A model generated the notes under the pieces. It was not told the DNA's origin and did no database searches. It saw nothing but the letters and a program-made list of their open reading frames with translations. A stretch of DNA of 60,256 nt, the filler included, from Theionarchaea archaeon (lineage in GTDB: Archaea; Methanobacteriota_B; Thermococci; Methanofastidiosales; SZ-28-30): NCBI GenBank assembly GCA_018992565.1. It is 3 parts of 3 records of this genome, joined end to end, with 100 filler letters (N's around TTAATTAATTAA, not from the genome) between each part and the next. Parts side by side here need not be neighbours in the genome. Positions count along the whole stretch, not along the records: positions 27,218 to 54,047 come from JACVGW010000030.1; positions 54,148 to 60,256 come from JACVGW010000121.1; 1 more part is not named here. One strand, written 5' to 3'. Positions 49,388 to 60,080 of the stretch are shown one piece after another; within the stretch, counting starts at the first letter, position 1, and every line of letters begins with the position of its first letter. The position numbers and the translations under genes were made by a program.

Positions 49388-49614
49388 ATGGTCCGGGTTC
49401 AATTAGGACTTCCTGAGGAAGGTATTTCAGAAATTGACAAGTGGGTTTCCGAAGGGAAATTTAGAACAGATCCGATGCCATCAGGACAATACTTGCATTA
49501 TATCAGGAAAAAGAAAAGACCAGTGAATTCTGCAAAATGCTCGTGCGATGAAATGATGAAGCAAAAGCGAATCCCGCGATGCTGACTCTGTTAGAGGGCC
49601 TGGATGAGGTATAG
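49388..49614 (+). pseudogene. Ribbon-helix-helix (CopG-like) antitoxin pseudogene
   Basis: MVRVQLGLPEEGISEIDKWVSEGKF, frameshift near 49467, then RSDAIRTILALY...MLVR*NDEAKANP...LDEV*. Confidence 0.65.
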
Positions 49615-49760
49615 CATCTTGCTCAACTCAAAGATGGAAATATTCCTATACAGACAAGCAATGTAGAGTGATATGAATCCATTCGAAACTCGGTGGATAA
49701 TTGAGAGACCCATTTACCACAAGAAGCAAAAGACTAAAAACGGCCTTTTCAAGATGTACT

Positions 49761-50432
49761 ATGCATCTCGGTCTCATACTTCCCTCTTCAAATACTGTCA
49801 TGGAAGAAGAACTGTCCCGTTACGTGATCGTTCACTCCACCAGGATTGCTCTCAGGACAGTGGATGAAGCATCCTTGAAGAATATGAATACAGAAGTAGA
49901 AAGAGCAGTCCAGCTGCTCACAGATTGTAACCCAGCAGTCATTGTGTATGGATGCACGTCCGGCAGTTTCATAGAGAATATTAAGAAGTCCTTTGCTGCT
50001 GCTACTGTCCCTGTTGTTACAACATCGGAAGCAGTAGTCAATGCTCTTCATGCTCTTCATGTAGAAACAGTCTCGGTGGGAACTCCCTATATTGACGCAA
50101 TAACCCAGAAGGAAAAGGCTTTTCTAGAGTCTCATGGATTTACTGTTCCGGATATTAGAGGATTGAACCTCACAAGTAATACAGAGATAGGAGAGCAGGA
50201 AACAGCTTATGATCTGGCGAAATCTCTTAAGAGAGCAGATGCCATCTTTATAAGCTGCACCAATTTTGGAACCTTTGATGTGATACAGAAGCTGGAAGAT
50301 GAATTGGGGATTCCAGTCGTATCCAGCAACTCTGCAAGTCTGTGGGGGGCACTCACTGGCTCAGGTGGAAAAGTGAAAGTGAAAACGAAAAGCATATCAG
50401 GTCTGGGCAGATTGTTGGAGGAACTGCCATGA
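49761..50432 (+). CDS. Maleate isomerase / arylmalonate decarboxylase-like Asp/Glu racemase family protein
   Basis: LGLILPSSNTVME, YGCTSGSF, TPY, ISCTN and PVVSSN. Confidence 0.88.
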   Translation: MHLGLILPSSNTVMEEELSRYVIVHSTRIALRTVDEASLKNMNTEVERAVQLLTDCNPAVIVYGCTSGSFIENIKKSFAAATVPVVTTSEAVVNALHALHVETVSVGTPYIDAITQKEKAFLESHGFTVPDIRGLNLTSNTEIGEQETAYDLAKSLKRADAIFISCTNFGTFDVIQKLEDELGIPVVSSNSASLWGALTGSGGKVKVKTKSISGLGRLLEELP

Positions 50433-52333
50433 TAGTAGGGTGTGATGTGGGCGGTACCTTTACCGATACGGTATTCATATCCAAAGGCGAAATTAAGGTT
50501 TCGAAGGTGCCCACTACCCCTCACGATTTTGCAGAAGGGATTATTAAAGGAATAGCCATGGTTACACCTGAGTATGATACGCTAGTTCACGGCATGACAG
50601 TGGGAACAAATGCTGTCCTCCAGAGGAAGGGAGCTCAGGTCACCTTGATTACTAATAACGGGTTCCGTGATGTTCTGGAGATCGGGAGGCAGAACAGGCC
50701 GTCGCTCTATGATTTTTCAGTGGATCGTCCTCCCCCTCTGGTGCCAAGAGACAGGAGGATTGAAGTATCTGGCAGAATCAATTACAAGGGGGAAATACTG
50801 GAAGATTTGAAGGAAAAACTGATTGTCCTCCCAAAAGAGACTGAATCGGTGGCTGTCTGCCTTCTGCATTCATATGCTAACCCTGTGCACGAACAGAAGA
50901 TACAATCAATGATTTCCCTACCAGTTTGTATTTCCAGTGACATCCTCCCTGAATTCAGAGAGTATGAAAGGATGTCAACCACTGTCATCAATGCGTACCT
51001 GATGCCTGTTATTGACAGGTACTTGTCCCGGCTGGAAACCACGATTTCTGACAAATTACTTGTGATAGAATCGTCTGGCGGGGTTATGACTGCCCACTCA
51101 GCCAGAGAAAAGCCAGTCCATACAGTGCTATCTGGTCCTGCGGGCGGCGTTATTGCCTCTCATGTTGTGGGCGACGTGGTAGGACAGAAGAAGCTGATTA
51201 CCCTGGATATGGGGGGGACCAGTACAGATATTTCAGTGATCAAAGGTGAACCCACTATAACCACAGAAGGGTCTATAGAAGGGTATCCCTTGAGGATTCC
51301 CATGATAGATATCCACACTATTGGGGCAGGAGGAGGAAGCATTGCCTGGCTGGATGAAGGAGGGGCTTTGCGGGTGGGCCCCCTATCTGCTGAAGCAGTT
51401 CCTGGTCCTGCCTGTTATGGAAGAGGAGGAGATGTGCCTACAGTAACTGATGCTAATCTGATCCTGGGCAGGCTGGGCAAGACCCTGGGAAATGAATTGA
51501 CATTGAATACTGATCTAGCCAGAAAGGCAATGGATGCCTTGTGTGATAGGACAGGGTTTGATCTCGTTGAATTGGCATCTGGGATCATAAGAGTGGCCAA
51601 CGCCAACATGTGCCAGGGTATCAGGGTCGTTTCTGTAGAGAGGGGACATGATCCCCGCGATTTTGTCTTGCTGGCGTTTGGAGGAGCAGGTCCTCTTCAT
51701 GCATGTGAACTGGCACAGGAGTTGTCCATCCCCCGGGTATTCATCCCTGTATATCCTGGAGTTTTTTCTGCTCTGGGGATGGTTTCAGCAGACATAAAGC
51801 ATGAATTTGTACTGACAAGAAAGATGAGCCCTGAACAGGATACAAGAGCAATATTTGAAGATCTTGAAAGAAAGGCAGTTGAGATTCTGGAGAGAGAGGG
51901 TGTTTCCAAGGATAGAATGGTGTTGCAGCAGTTTATAGATACCCGATACTGTGGTCAGTCCTATGAGCTTCGCATTCCTGCCGATAATGCAGTACAGAGG
52001 TTCCACCAGACGCATCACGCAGTATATGGATACAGTGACGAGACATCGCCTGTGGAATTCGTCAATTTTAGAGTGGTGGGCATAGGCACGCAACAGAAGA
52101 TTGAACTGCCTCGGGTGGAGAAAGGAAGAGGAACCCCTTCAGCGAGAGAAGTTCGGGCAGTGTTTTTTGGCGAATTCATGGAGACTCCTGTCTATGAGAG
52201 AGACGGGCTGAAAAGCGGTCACTGCATTGAGGGTCCTGCTGTCATTGATGAAATGGAATCCACCGTCCTGATTCCACCAGGATGGAAAGTGACTGTAGAT
52301 GAGTATGGTAACCTCCTTGGAGAGGTGACATAG
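50429..52333 (+). CDS. hyuA: Hydantoinase/5-oxoprolinase subunit A
   Basis: DVGGTFTD, SGPAGG, DMGGTSTD, GAGGGS and FGGAGPLH. Confidence 0.92.
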   Translation: MIVGCDVGGTFTDTVFISKGEIKVSKVPTTPHDFAEGIIKGIAMVTPEYDTLVHGMTVGTNAVLQRKGAQVTLITNNGFRDVLEIGRQNRPSLYDFSVDRPPPLVPRDRRIEVSGRINYKGEILEDLKEKLIVLPKETESVAVCLLHSYANPVHEQKIQSMISLPVCISSDILPEFREYERMSTTVINAYLMPVIDRYLSRLETTISDKLLVIESSGGVMTAHSAREKPVHTVLSGPAGGVIASHVVGDVVGQKKLITLDMGGTSTDISVIKGEPTITTEGSIEGYPLRIPMIDIHTIGAGGGSIAWLDEGGALRVGPLSAEAVPGPACYGRGGDVPTVTDANLILGRLGKTLGNELTLNTDLARKAMDALCDRTGFDLVELASGIIRVANANMCQGIRVVSVERGHDPRDFVLLAFGGAGPLHACELAQELSIPRVFIPVYPGVFSALGMVSADIKHEFVLTRKMSPEQDTRAIFEDLERKAVEILEREGVSKDRMVLQQFIDTRYCGQSYELRIPADNAVQRFHQTHHAVYGYSDETSPVEFVNFRVVGIGTQQKIELPRVEKGRGTPSAREVRAVFFGEFMETPVYERDGLKSGHCIEGPAVIDEMESTVLIPPGWKVTVDEYGNLLGEVT

Positions 52334-54047
52334 ATGGATGCTGTCACTCTTGAAATACTGCGCTGTTCTCTGCAGTCAGTGGCAGAGGAAATGGGAGCAG
52401 TCCTGGGCAGGACAGCCTTTTCCCCCAATATCAAAGAGAGGNNNNNNNNNNNNNNNNNNNNNNNNNNNNNNNNNNNNNNNNNNNNNNNNNNNNNNNNNNN
52501 NNNNNNNNNNNNNNNNNNNNNNNNNNNNNNNNNNNNNNNNNGTCACTCTTGAAATACTGCGCTGTTCTCTGCAGTCAGTGGCAGAGGAAATGGGAGCAGT
52601 CCTGGGCAGGACAGCCTTTTCCCCCAATATCAAAGAGAGGAAGGATTTCTCCTGTGCAATATTCGATGCTGAAGGGAGAATGGTGTCCCAGGCTGAGCAC
52701 ATACCAGTCCACCTGGGTTCTATGCCATTATCGGTAAAGGGCGCTCTAAGAGAATTTGCCCTTGAAGAGGGAGATATCATCATTTTGAATGATCCTTACT
52801 GGGGAGGTACACACCTTCCAGATATCACGTTGATAGCACCTGTCTTCTATGGAGATTTACTGGGGGTTGCAGCCTGCAGGGCCCACCATGCAGACGTGGG
52901 TGGAAAAACTCCAGGGAGTATGCCCGGGGACTCCAGAGAGGTATTTCAGGAGGGAGTGATTATACCTCCTGTAAAATTGTATCAGAAGGGGGTACTGGAT
53001 ACAGATATTCTGCGCCTCATATTGAGGAATGTAAGGACTCCAGATGAAAGGAAAGGTGACCTGAAGGCCCAGTATTCTGCCTGCCAGATAGGAAGGAAAC
53101 GCATTGTAGAGTTGGTTGAAAAATACGGTAGAAAGACAGTAACAAGAGCATTTGAAGAGGTAATGGATTATTCTGAAAGGAGAATGCTCAAAAAAATCAA
53201 GGAATTTCCTCCAGGAGAGTATATTGCTGAGGATTTCATGGATAACGATGGAATTACAGATGATCCGGTGCGGATTGCTGTTACTCTGGAAACGGGTGGG
53301 AGGGGCAAGAAAGGGCTCATCTGTGATTTTACTGGGACTGATAAGCAGACAAAGGGGAATATCAATGCAGTGTATGCTGTAACTGTGTCCTGCGTATATT
53401 ATGCAGTGCGGTGTGTCACGGATCCAGGAATACCACCTAATGAAGGGTGCTACCGCCCGGTGAGTATTGTTGTCCCTGAAGGTTGCTTGTTAAACCCTGT
53501 TCACCCTCATGCGGTGTCTGCAGGCAATGTGGAGACATCACAGAGGATTGTAGATGTCCTGCTGAAGGCATTTTCGCAGGTCGCACCAGAAAAGGTGATT
53601 GCTGGCTGTCAGGGAACCATGAACAATGTGACTATTGGGGGTGCTTTTTGTGGTAAGTCCTTTGCTTACTATGAGACTATCGGAGGGGGCATGGGTGCCC
53701 GTCACGACAAGGATGGTATTGATGGTGTTCATACTCACATGTCCAATACACTGAATACTCCTGTTGAAGCTCTTGAAATGAGTTATCCTTTTCTGGTGAA
53801 GGAGTACTCCTTGATTGAGAATTCTGGTGGAAAGGGGAAGTTCAGGGGTGGATTGGGGATTAAGAGAGGGTTGGAGGTTCTCACAGATTGTACTGTATCC
53901 ATCCAGAGTGAGAGAAGAAAATTTGCTCCTTATGGACTATTTGGTGGGGAAAAGGGAAGGAAGGGCAAGAATGTACTGACAAGAGATGGGAATGAGATAG
54001 AATTACCATCCAAGACCACGTATGAGTTGCTGAGAGGTGACATTATT
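52334..54047 (+). CDS. hyuB: Hydantoinase/5-oxoprolinase subunit B; spans an assembly gap and is 3'-truncated
   Basis: SPNIKERKDFSC, IPVHLGSM, NDPYWGGTHLPD and HMSNTLNTPVE. Confidence 0.9.
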
Positions 54048-54147
54048 NNNNNNNNNNNNNNNNNNNNNNNNNNNNNNNNNNNNNNNNNNNNTTAATTAAT
54101 TAANNNNNNNNNNNNNNNNNNNNNNNNNNNNNNNNNNNNNNNNNNNN
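54048..54147. other. Artificial contig linker
   Basis: N run containing TTAATTAATTAA. Confidence 0.95.
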
Positions 54148-54995
54148 GCTACAGAAAGAAGTTCAGGATTGTCAATGAGTGAGGATGCGTCTCTGAGAAA
54201 CCGAGCATACATGGGACGGAAGGCACTGCCTCCAGTTCCTCCTATCTCGATGTAGATATACACGTTCATTAAACACCCATACAGGGCTAGTCCCCGGAAT
54301 TGCCTGGGCCACTCAGGTATGATTTTCGCCCACTTCCTGATGCCCGTCAATCCAAAATTCGATATAGGGGGGTTCTGCATAGTATGACAGCACTCTTTCA
54401 TGGCCTCAGTAATTCCCTCTTTCAGATTGATTGGTTGGCCTGGTACCTCTAGTTCCAGGACTCGATTCTTAGGTGGGAACGGTGGGAATTTAGAATTCCT
54501 GGCATTCTTCAGCTCTTCAACGGATACAGTGAGGGGGCCATTTCCCCGGTCAGAAACACAGACTGTACCTTCCCGTTCATCAATCCCATATACCACAACA
54601 GTATGAGCACCAAAGTGAGCATCTCCTGGTAGGGCCAGATACGGAAGGTAGGCCATATCCACATACGTGTACACAGGCTTTCTGCAGCGCAGCATATCCA
54701 TCACGTGTTCATGTCCTTTTTTCATACTGCCCGTTTCAAAAAGGCTCCCCTTTCCCCCCATCCTCTCCAGCATTCGTATCATGAATTCCTCATTTCTGCC
54801 GCCAGACCTGCCTCCTACAAATGGGGCTGGCATCTGCTTCATGTACCAGTAGATGAACCCAAGACCGCCCCCCAATCCCAGGAGCATCTCCTCTGACATA
54901 TCTATGCCATAATACTGCAGTATATTGCGAAGGGCTGTGGTCTGGCAGTGCTTTCCGCCGAAGTACTTAAAATCTTCAAGGACTATTCTTTCCAT
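54148..54995 (-). CDS. BtrH N-terminal / DUF4872 papain-like protein, 3'-truncated
   Basis: GKHCQT, SEEMLLGLGGGLGF, DMAYLPY, HFGAH and GTGGSAFRPMYARFL. Confidence 0.8.
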
Positions 54996-55539
54996 GGCAA
55001 CACCCTTTCTTTATCTCCTCTTTGAATTCTTCAATCCATTCTCTCTCAGCTTCTATACGTGCAAGAGGGCGAGAAAACAGCGCAATTACTGTATAATTTG
55101 CTCCTCCTTTCTTTTTTTCGTGGATTGAATTCTCAAGGAAGACTTTCCTTTTCTCAAGAGATTCCAGGTACAGATCGAGGCATTCTATCACCTGTTCTGG
55201 CGAGAGAAGGTTGCTGTACGCTATTCCCAGGTCAAAAGGGGAAATCTCCTTCCTGCTCTCTGATAGGACACTCTTCACTTTCTGTTTCATCATAGTCTTC
55301 CCCTGTTCTGTAACCCGGTATATTCTCCGGGAGGGTTTTCCTTCAACATCTTTGACAGTACTTGTAATGAAGTCCTTGGATTCCAGCTTCTTGAGCAGGT
55401 AATAAATGGAACTGAACCCAATCTCAGTCCACGCCCGCATTCCCCGTTCTTCCAGAGTCTTCTCCAGTTCATATCCGTACTGTGGACCTTCGCAGAGAAG
55501 TCCCAGTATGACTGCCTCGCGACCTGTTATTCTAACCAT
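54976..55539 (-). CDS. PadR family transcriptional regulator
   Basis: ILGLL...YGYEL, SSIYYLLKKLE and RRIYRVTEQG. Confidence 0.92.
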   Translation of the reverse strand: MVRITGREAVILGLLCEGPQYGYELEKTLEERGMRAWTEIGFSSIYYLLKKLESKDFITSTVKDVEGKPSRRIYRVTEQGKTMMKQKVKSVLSESRKEISPFDLGIAYSNLLSPEQVIECLDLYLESLEKRKVFLENSIHEKKKGGANYTVIALFSRPLARIEAEREWIEEFKEEIKKGCCHGKNSP

Positions 55540-55542
55540 GGA

Positions 55543-55562
55543 ATATTATAGTACTAGAATAT
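55543..55562. promoter_or_regulatory. Near-perfect 20-bp palindrome, putative PadR operator
   Basis: ATATTATAGTACTAGAATAT lies between the TATA box (~55561-55567, minus strand) and the padR start. Confidence 0.65.
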
Positions 55563-55678
55563 ATAAATGTTTCGTGAGGAAGTGGGGAGGGCAAGAGGTA
55601 ATGTGGAACAGACCAGGTGTGTCAATGAGGTAGGACAACTCTTATGAAGGTGAAAGCGTGAAGGGAGGAAGTGATTGT

Positions 55679-56361
55679 ATGGTAGAATGGGATTATAACA
55701 GAAGGGTAGCGCAGACAATGCTGGACACTATTGGGAGAACACCTCTGGTTCGGTTGCAGACGATCCCTCGCAGGGAAAAAGTCTCATCAGATATTCTGGG
55801 AAAGATTGAATGGTTTAGTCCCACGGGGAGTTTAAAGGACAGGATTTACTATGAAATGATCACTCATGCTATAGAGAATGGGGACCTGAACCCAGGAATG
55901 GAGATCCTGGAGACGTCAACAGGGAATGCAGGAATTTCCTGTGCGTTTGTAGGCGGTCTCCTGGGGTTCAAGGTGACTATTGTAATGCCTGCAGGCATGA
56001 GCGAGGAGAGGAAGAAGGTTATTTCAGCATATGGGGCAGATCTGGTTTTCACGAGGGGTGGTGAGAGTGATGTGGACTTGTGTCTGGAAAAGGCTGCAGA
56101 ATTGAAAGAGGAAAATCCGGGGAAGTACTGGGAACCGGGGCAGTTTGTGAATGATTACAATGTTGAGGCTCATTACAAGAGCACAGGGCCTGAGATATGG
56201 GAACAGACTGGAGGAAGGGTGGATGCCTTCATTGCTTCTCAGGGGACAGGTGGAACTATAACGGGTGCGGGGAGGTACTTGCGCGAGAAGAATCCTTCAG
56301 TAAAGCTGTATGCTCTGGAACCTTTGGAAGCCCCCATGCTGGCCAGAGGTGAATGGGGATC
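55679..56361 (+). CDS. PLP-dependent cysteine synthase family protein, truncated by a gap
   Basis: IGRTPLV, SPTGSLKDR, STGNAG, TGPEIWEQ and GTGGT. Confidence 0.9.
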
Positions 56362-56461
56362 NNNNNNNNNNNNNNNNNNNNNNNNNNNNNNNNNNNNNNN
56401 NNNNNNNNNNNNNNNNNNNNNNNNNNNNNNNNNNNNNNNNNNNNNNNNNNNNNNNNNNNNN

Positions 56462-58824
56462 ACTGTGACGGAGCTGGTAGCCATAGCAATCTCGGCAATG
56501 ACAGGGTGTAATAACCCCAGCATGGCAATAGGAATGGCAACCACATTGTATCCAAAAGCCCAGAACAGATTCTCCTTGATATTTCTGAAGGTAGCCCTGG
56601 ACAGTTTCAGTGCCCTGACCACTCCTGTGAGATCACCCTGCACCAGGGTCACATCAGACGATTCAATGGCAATGTCCGTTCCCGTTCCGATGGCAAACCC
56701 CACATCTGCCTGAGCCAGGGCAGGAGCATCATTAATCCCGTCTCCAACCATGGCAGTAGTCCCAACTTCTTTCTGTAACCTCATGATCTCGCTGACCTTC
56801 TGGTCCGGCAACACCTCGGCAAGCACTCTGTCAATCCCCACCTGTTTTGCAATAGCATCAGCAGTTCTCCTGTTGTCACCTGTCAACATGGCAGTCTCAA
56901 TCCCCAGGGATTTGATGGCTGCAATCGCCTGGACAGAATCATCCTTTAATGTATCTGCCAGCGCCACCACACCGATGGCTTTCCCCTTCAGAGCTACTAT
57001 CATGGAGGTTTTCCCTTCAGATTCCAGTCTATCAGAATCAGCCTGAAATTCTGAAATATCAATGCCATAGTCTTCCATGAGTTTCTTATTTCCTACAAGG
57101 GCTTTCTTTTTCCCGATATCAGCTACGACACCTTTACCTGAGACAGCACTGAAATTGTCAATATCCTGTAGTGTAATACTCATCTGGCGAGCCTTCTCCA
57201 CCAGAGCCTTCCCCAGTGGGTGTTCAGAACCTGCTTCTACACTGGCTGCCACCTGCAGCACCTCATTCCCACCCACACTATCTGTAACCTCTGGTGCACC
57301 TTTGGTAATCGTCCCTGTCTTGTCAAACACGATAACGGCAATACTCTGCAGCACCTGCATGGCCTCTCCTGACCTGATTAGTATACCATTCTGAGCTCCC
57401 AGTCCAGTGGATACCATAATAGACGTCGGAGTTGCCAGCCCCAAAGCACAGGGGCATGCAATCACCAGAACAGCAACTGTGGCGAAGACTGCCAGCGTAT
57501 ACATCCCCAACCCAGGATTAACCCAGGGTAAAACCTGAGAAGCCTTCACCCCGATCTCCTTTAAGACATCAGGCACACTCATCCATAGAACGAATGATAT
57601 AACAGCCAAAACCACCACCGTAGGGACAAAATAGCTGGTAACCCTGTCAGCAAACCTCTGGATAGGTACCTTTGTACCCTGTGCTTCTTTGACCATTCTA
57701 ATAACCTGCGACAGGAATGTGTCTTTACCCACTTTAGTCGCCCTCACTTTGAGTAACCCCATCTGGTTGACAGATGCTCCAATGACCTCATCCCCCTCTC
57801 TCTTTGTCACGGGGAGTGATTCACCTGTGGCCATGGATTCGTCTACTGCACTTTCCCCTTCCACTACCATGCCATCAGTGGGTATTTTCTCACCAGGGCG
57901 TACCACCATGATGTCTCCAGTCTCAACCTCTTCAATGGGTATTTCCTTCTCTTCTCCACCCCTTACAACGGTTGCTGTCTTTGCACCCAATTCAAGCAGC
58001 TTCTTTATGGCCTGGGACGCTGTCCCCTTGGCCTTTGCCTCCACATACCGGCCTGTCAAGTGGAAGGCCATGATCATTCCTGAGACACCTGCAAAACTCT
58101 CTAAAGGAGTTAAAAATGCCAAGAATCCTGTTACATAAGACGCTGAAGTACCCATCAGGATCAGAACATCCATATTGGCAGACCCATGCATCACTGACCG
58201 CAGTGCTGATACGTATGTATCTTTCCCCGCATAAAACAGGACAGGTGCAGCCAGCACCAGCATACCAGTGTTCATGACGTCCATACTGGGTATGTGCCTC
58301 CCCAGAATCATGTGCGGAAGCATCCACGCCATAATAGGAATGGTGAAAGCCCAGGCAAGATACATCTTCCTTCTGGCAGCTCTAAATTTGGCTTCTTCAG
58401 TCTCCTCTTCCCGTGCTCCGATAACAGCAGTGTACCCTGCATTCTTTATAGTATTGATAATGTCTTTTTCTTCCAGGACTGGTACATATTCAATATATGC
58501 CTTTTCTGATGCAAAATTTACATTAGCTTTTAGTACCCCTTCCGTACTGGAAAGTGCATTTGAAATAGTGACTGCACAGGCAGCACAGTGCATGTCTGTG
58601 ATAGCTGCTTCTGCTGTCTTCTTCTTAACAGTGTATCCTGTATCCTGGATTGCCTTGACTATCTGTGCTGCTGTTATGTTATCTGGATCATAGTCGATGA
58701 CTGCTTCTTCACTGGCGAAATTAACTGATGCTTTTACCCCTTTGAGGTCATGTAGTGCTTTTTCAACAGTCTGTGCGCAGTTGACACAATGCATGCCTTC
58801 AATGGCCAGGACGATTTTTTTCAT
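56462..58824 (-). CDS. copA: Copper-translocating P1B ATPase with two HMA domains; 3' end lies in a gap
   Basis: [37 protein letters not shown] and YN. Confidence 0.95.
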
Positions 58825-59056
58825 GTCTTCCCATACTCGTGAAAATATATAAACATTTCATCTAATTCTGAGAGGTTTCATCACGATATCTGTTATTTTC
58901 CAAAGTCTATAAGTGATATTCAGTCTGGTGGCAGACAGATATGTCAAGGGAAGTCTTTTATAGTGAGAGAATAAACCCATACATGACTGGTGGAGCAGAA
59001 CTGCACACTGAGATTTCCGAGAACTCACTCTTTCACGATGGGCGGATGTGATTTGT

Positions 59057-59500
59057 ATGAAACTGCTAACTGAGAACGAACGGGTGATGGCATCCATCAT
59101 CTTGATTTTCATTGTATACTTCGGACTGGATTCTCTTCTTTCTCTGATAGTGGAAGATGAGTCTCTTATCAGGCAGAGGTTGACCTTTTCTTTCATCGTC
59201 GGGATAGCCTCAGGGTTGGTGTTCTATTTTATCAGCTCAAGATGGGGCCATACACCAGGGACTGGCACGATTGACAGGAGCATGAACGTCCTTGAAAGGG
59301 CTCTAGGCGATGATGAAATGATGATCATATCACTCGTTAAGGATTCAGTGGGGATAACACAGGATTCTGTGAGGTTCAGGACAGGATTCTCAAAATCAAA
59401 GGTTTCTGCTCTCATTTTGGAACTTGAAAAGAAAGGTATCATTCAGAGGGAAAGATCAGGAAAAACTTATAAGCTGTTCCTCGGAGAATGGCTCAAATAG
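59057..59500 (+). CDS. Membrane-anchored (2 TM) winged-HTH regulator
   Basis: Two hydrophobic helices then GITQDSVRFRTGFSKSKVSALILELEKKGIIQRERSGKT. Confidence 0.82.
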   Translation: MKLLTENERVMASIILIFIVYFGLDSLLSLIVEDESLIRQRLTFSFIVGIASGLVFYFISSRWGHTPGTGTIDRSMNVLERALGDDEMMIISLVKDSVGITQDSVRFRTGFSKSKVSALILELEKKGIIQRERSGKTYKLFLGEWLK

Positions 59501-59517
59501 AGTTTGAAAAGATCTTT

Positions 59518-59547
59518 TGGACGGTCCTGGACGGTTTGGGACTGTTC
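59518..59547. repeat. Three tandem 10-bp direct repeats
   Basis: TGGACGGTCC TGGACGGTTT GGGACTGTTC. Confidence 0.65.
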
Positions 59548-59631
59548 CAGGTGATCTGATACAAGGAAAAGACGACAGTCAGGTGAGCAAATTAGAAAGG
59601 GAAGACATGTGAATGTGAGCCAGGTGATACA

Positions 59632-60045
59632 ATGAATAAGACTATCGTGCTGTTAAGCATCGTGGCCTTGACGCTCTTTGCTGGGGCTGCATATGCATAT
59701 CCAGGAAGAGGTGGAGGTCAATCAAATGGACAGGAACTGAGCTTCGTTGATGAAGACAATGATGGTGTGTGTGACTATGCACAGAATGGTCAGTGCAACG
59801 GCAGTGGAAATGGAGGATTCGTGGACAATGACAATGATGGTGTGTGCGACAACTATCAATATGGTCATCGATACGGCTACCAGAACAGGCAGTTCGTTGA
59901 TGAAGACAATGATGGTGTGTGTGACTATGCACAGAATGGTCAGTGCAACGGTAATGGAACTGGAGATTTCGTCGATGAAGACAATGATGGTATATGCGAC
60001 CACGCAGAGACCGGCAACGGAAACCGTAGAGGTTCAGACAGATAG
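59632..60045 (+). CDS. Secreted protein with four FVDxDNDGxCD repeats (putative Ca/metal-binding)
   Basis: Signal peptide ending AYA; AGGTGA RBS; identical 59-nt repeats at 59743-59801 and 59893-59951. Confidence 0.85.
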   Translation: MNKTIVLLSIVALTLFAGAAYAYPGRGGGQSNGQELSFVDEDNDGVCDYAQNGQCNGSGNGGFVDNDNDGVCDNYQYGHRYGYQNRQFVDEDNDGVCDYAQNGQCNGNGTGDFVDEDNDGICDHAETGNGNRRGSDR

Positions 60046-60065
60046 GCGGGCTTCCCCCGCCTTTT
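60045..60065 (+). terminator. GC hairpin plus U-tract
   Basis: GGCGGG-CTTCC-CCCGCC-TTTT directly after the stop codon. Confidence 0.55.
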
Positions 60066-60080
60066 ATTATGGTGGTATGG

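Noticed and set aside
52343..52640. 99-nt direct repeat (52343-52441 = 52542-52640) and apparent hyuB frameshift
   Set aside because: Same gap-overlap artefact; not a pseudogene or a duplication
55658..56713. Cysteine synthase and CopA ORFs reading through the gap into each other
   Set aside because: The ORF caller translated Ns; the extensions are antisense to the opposite gene and both true ends are unseen
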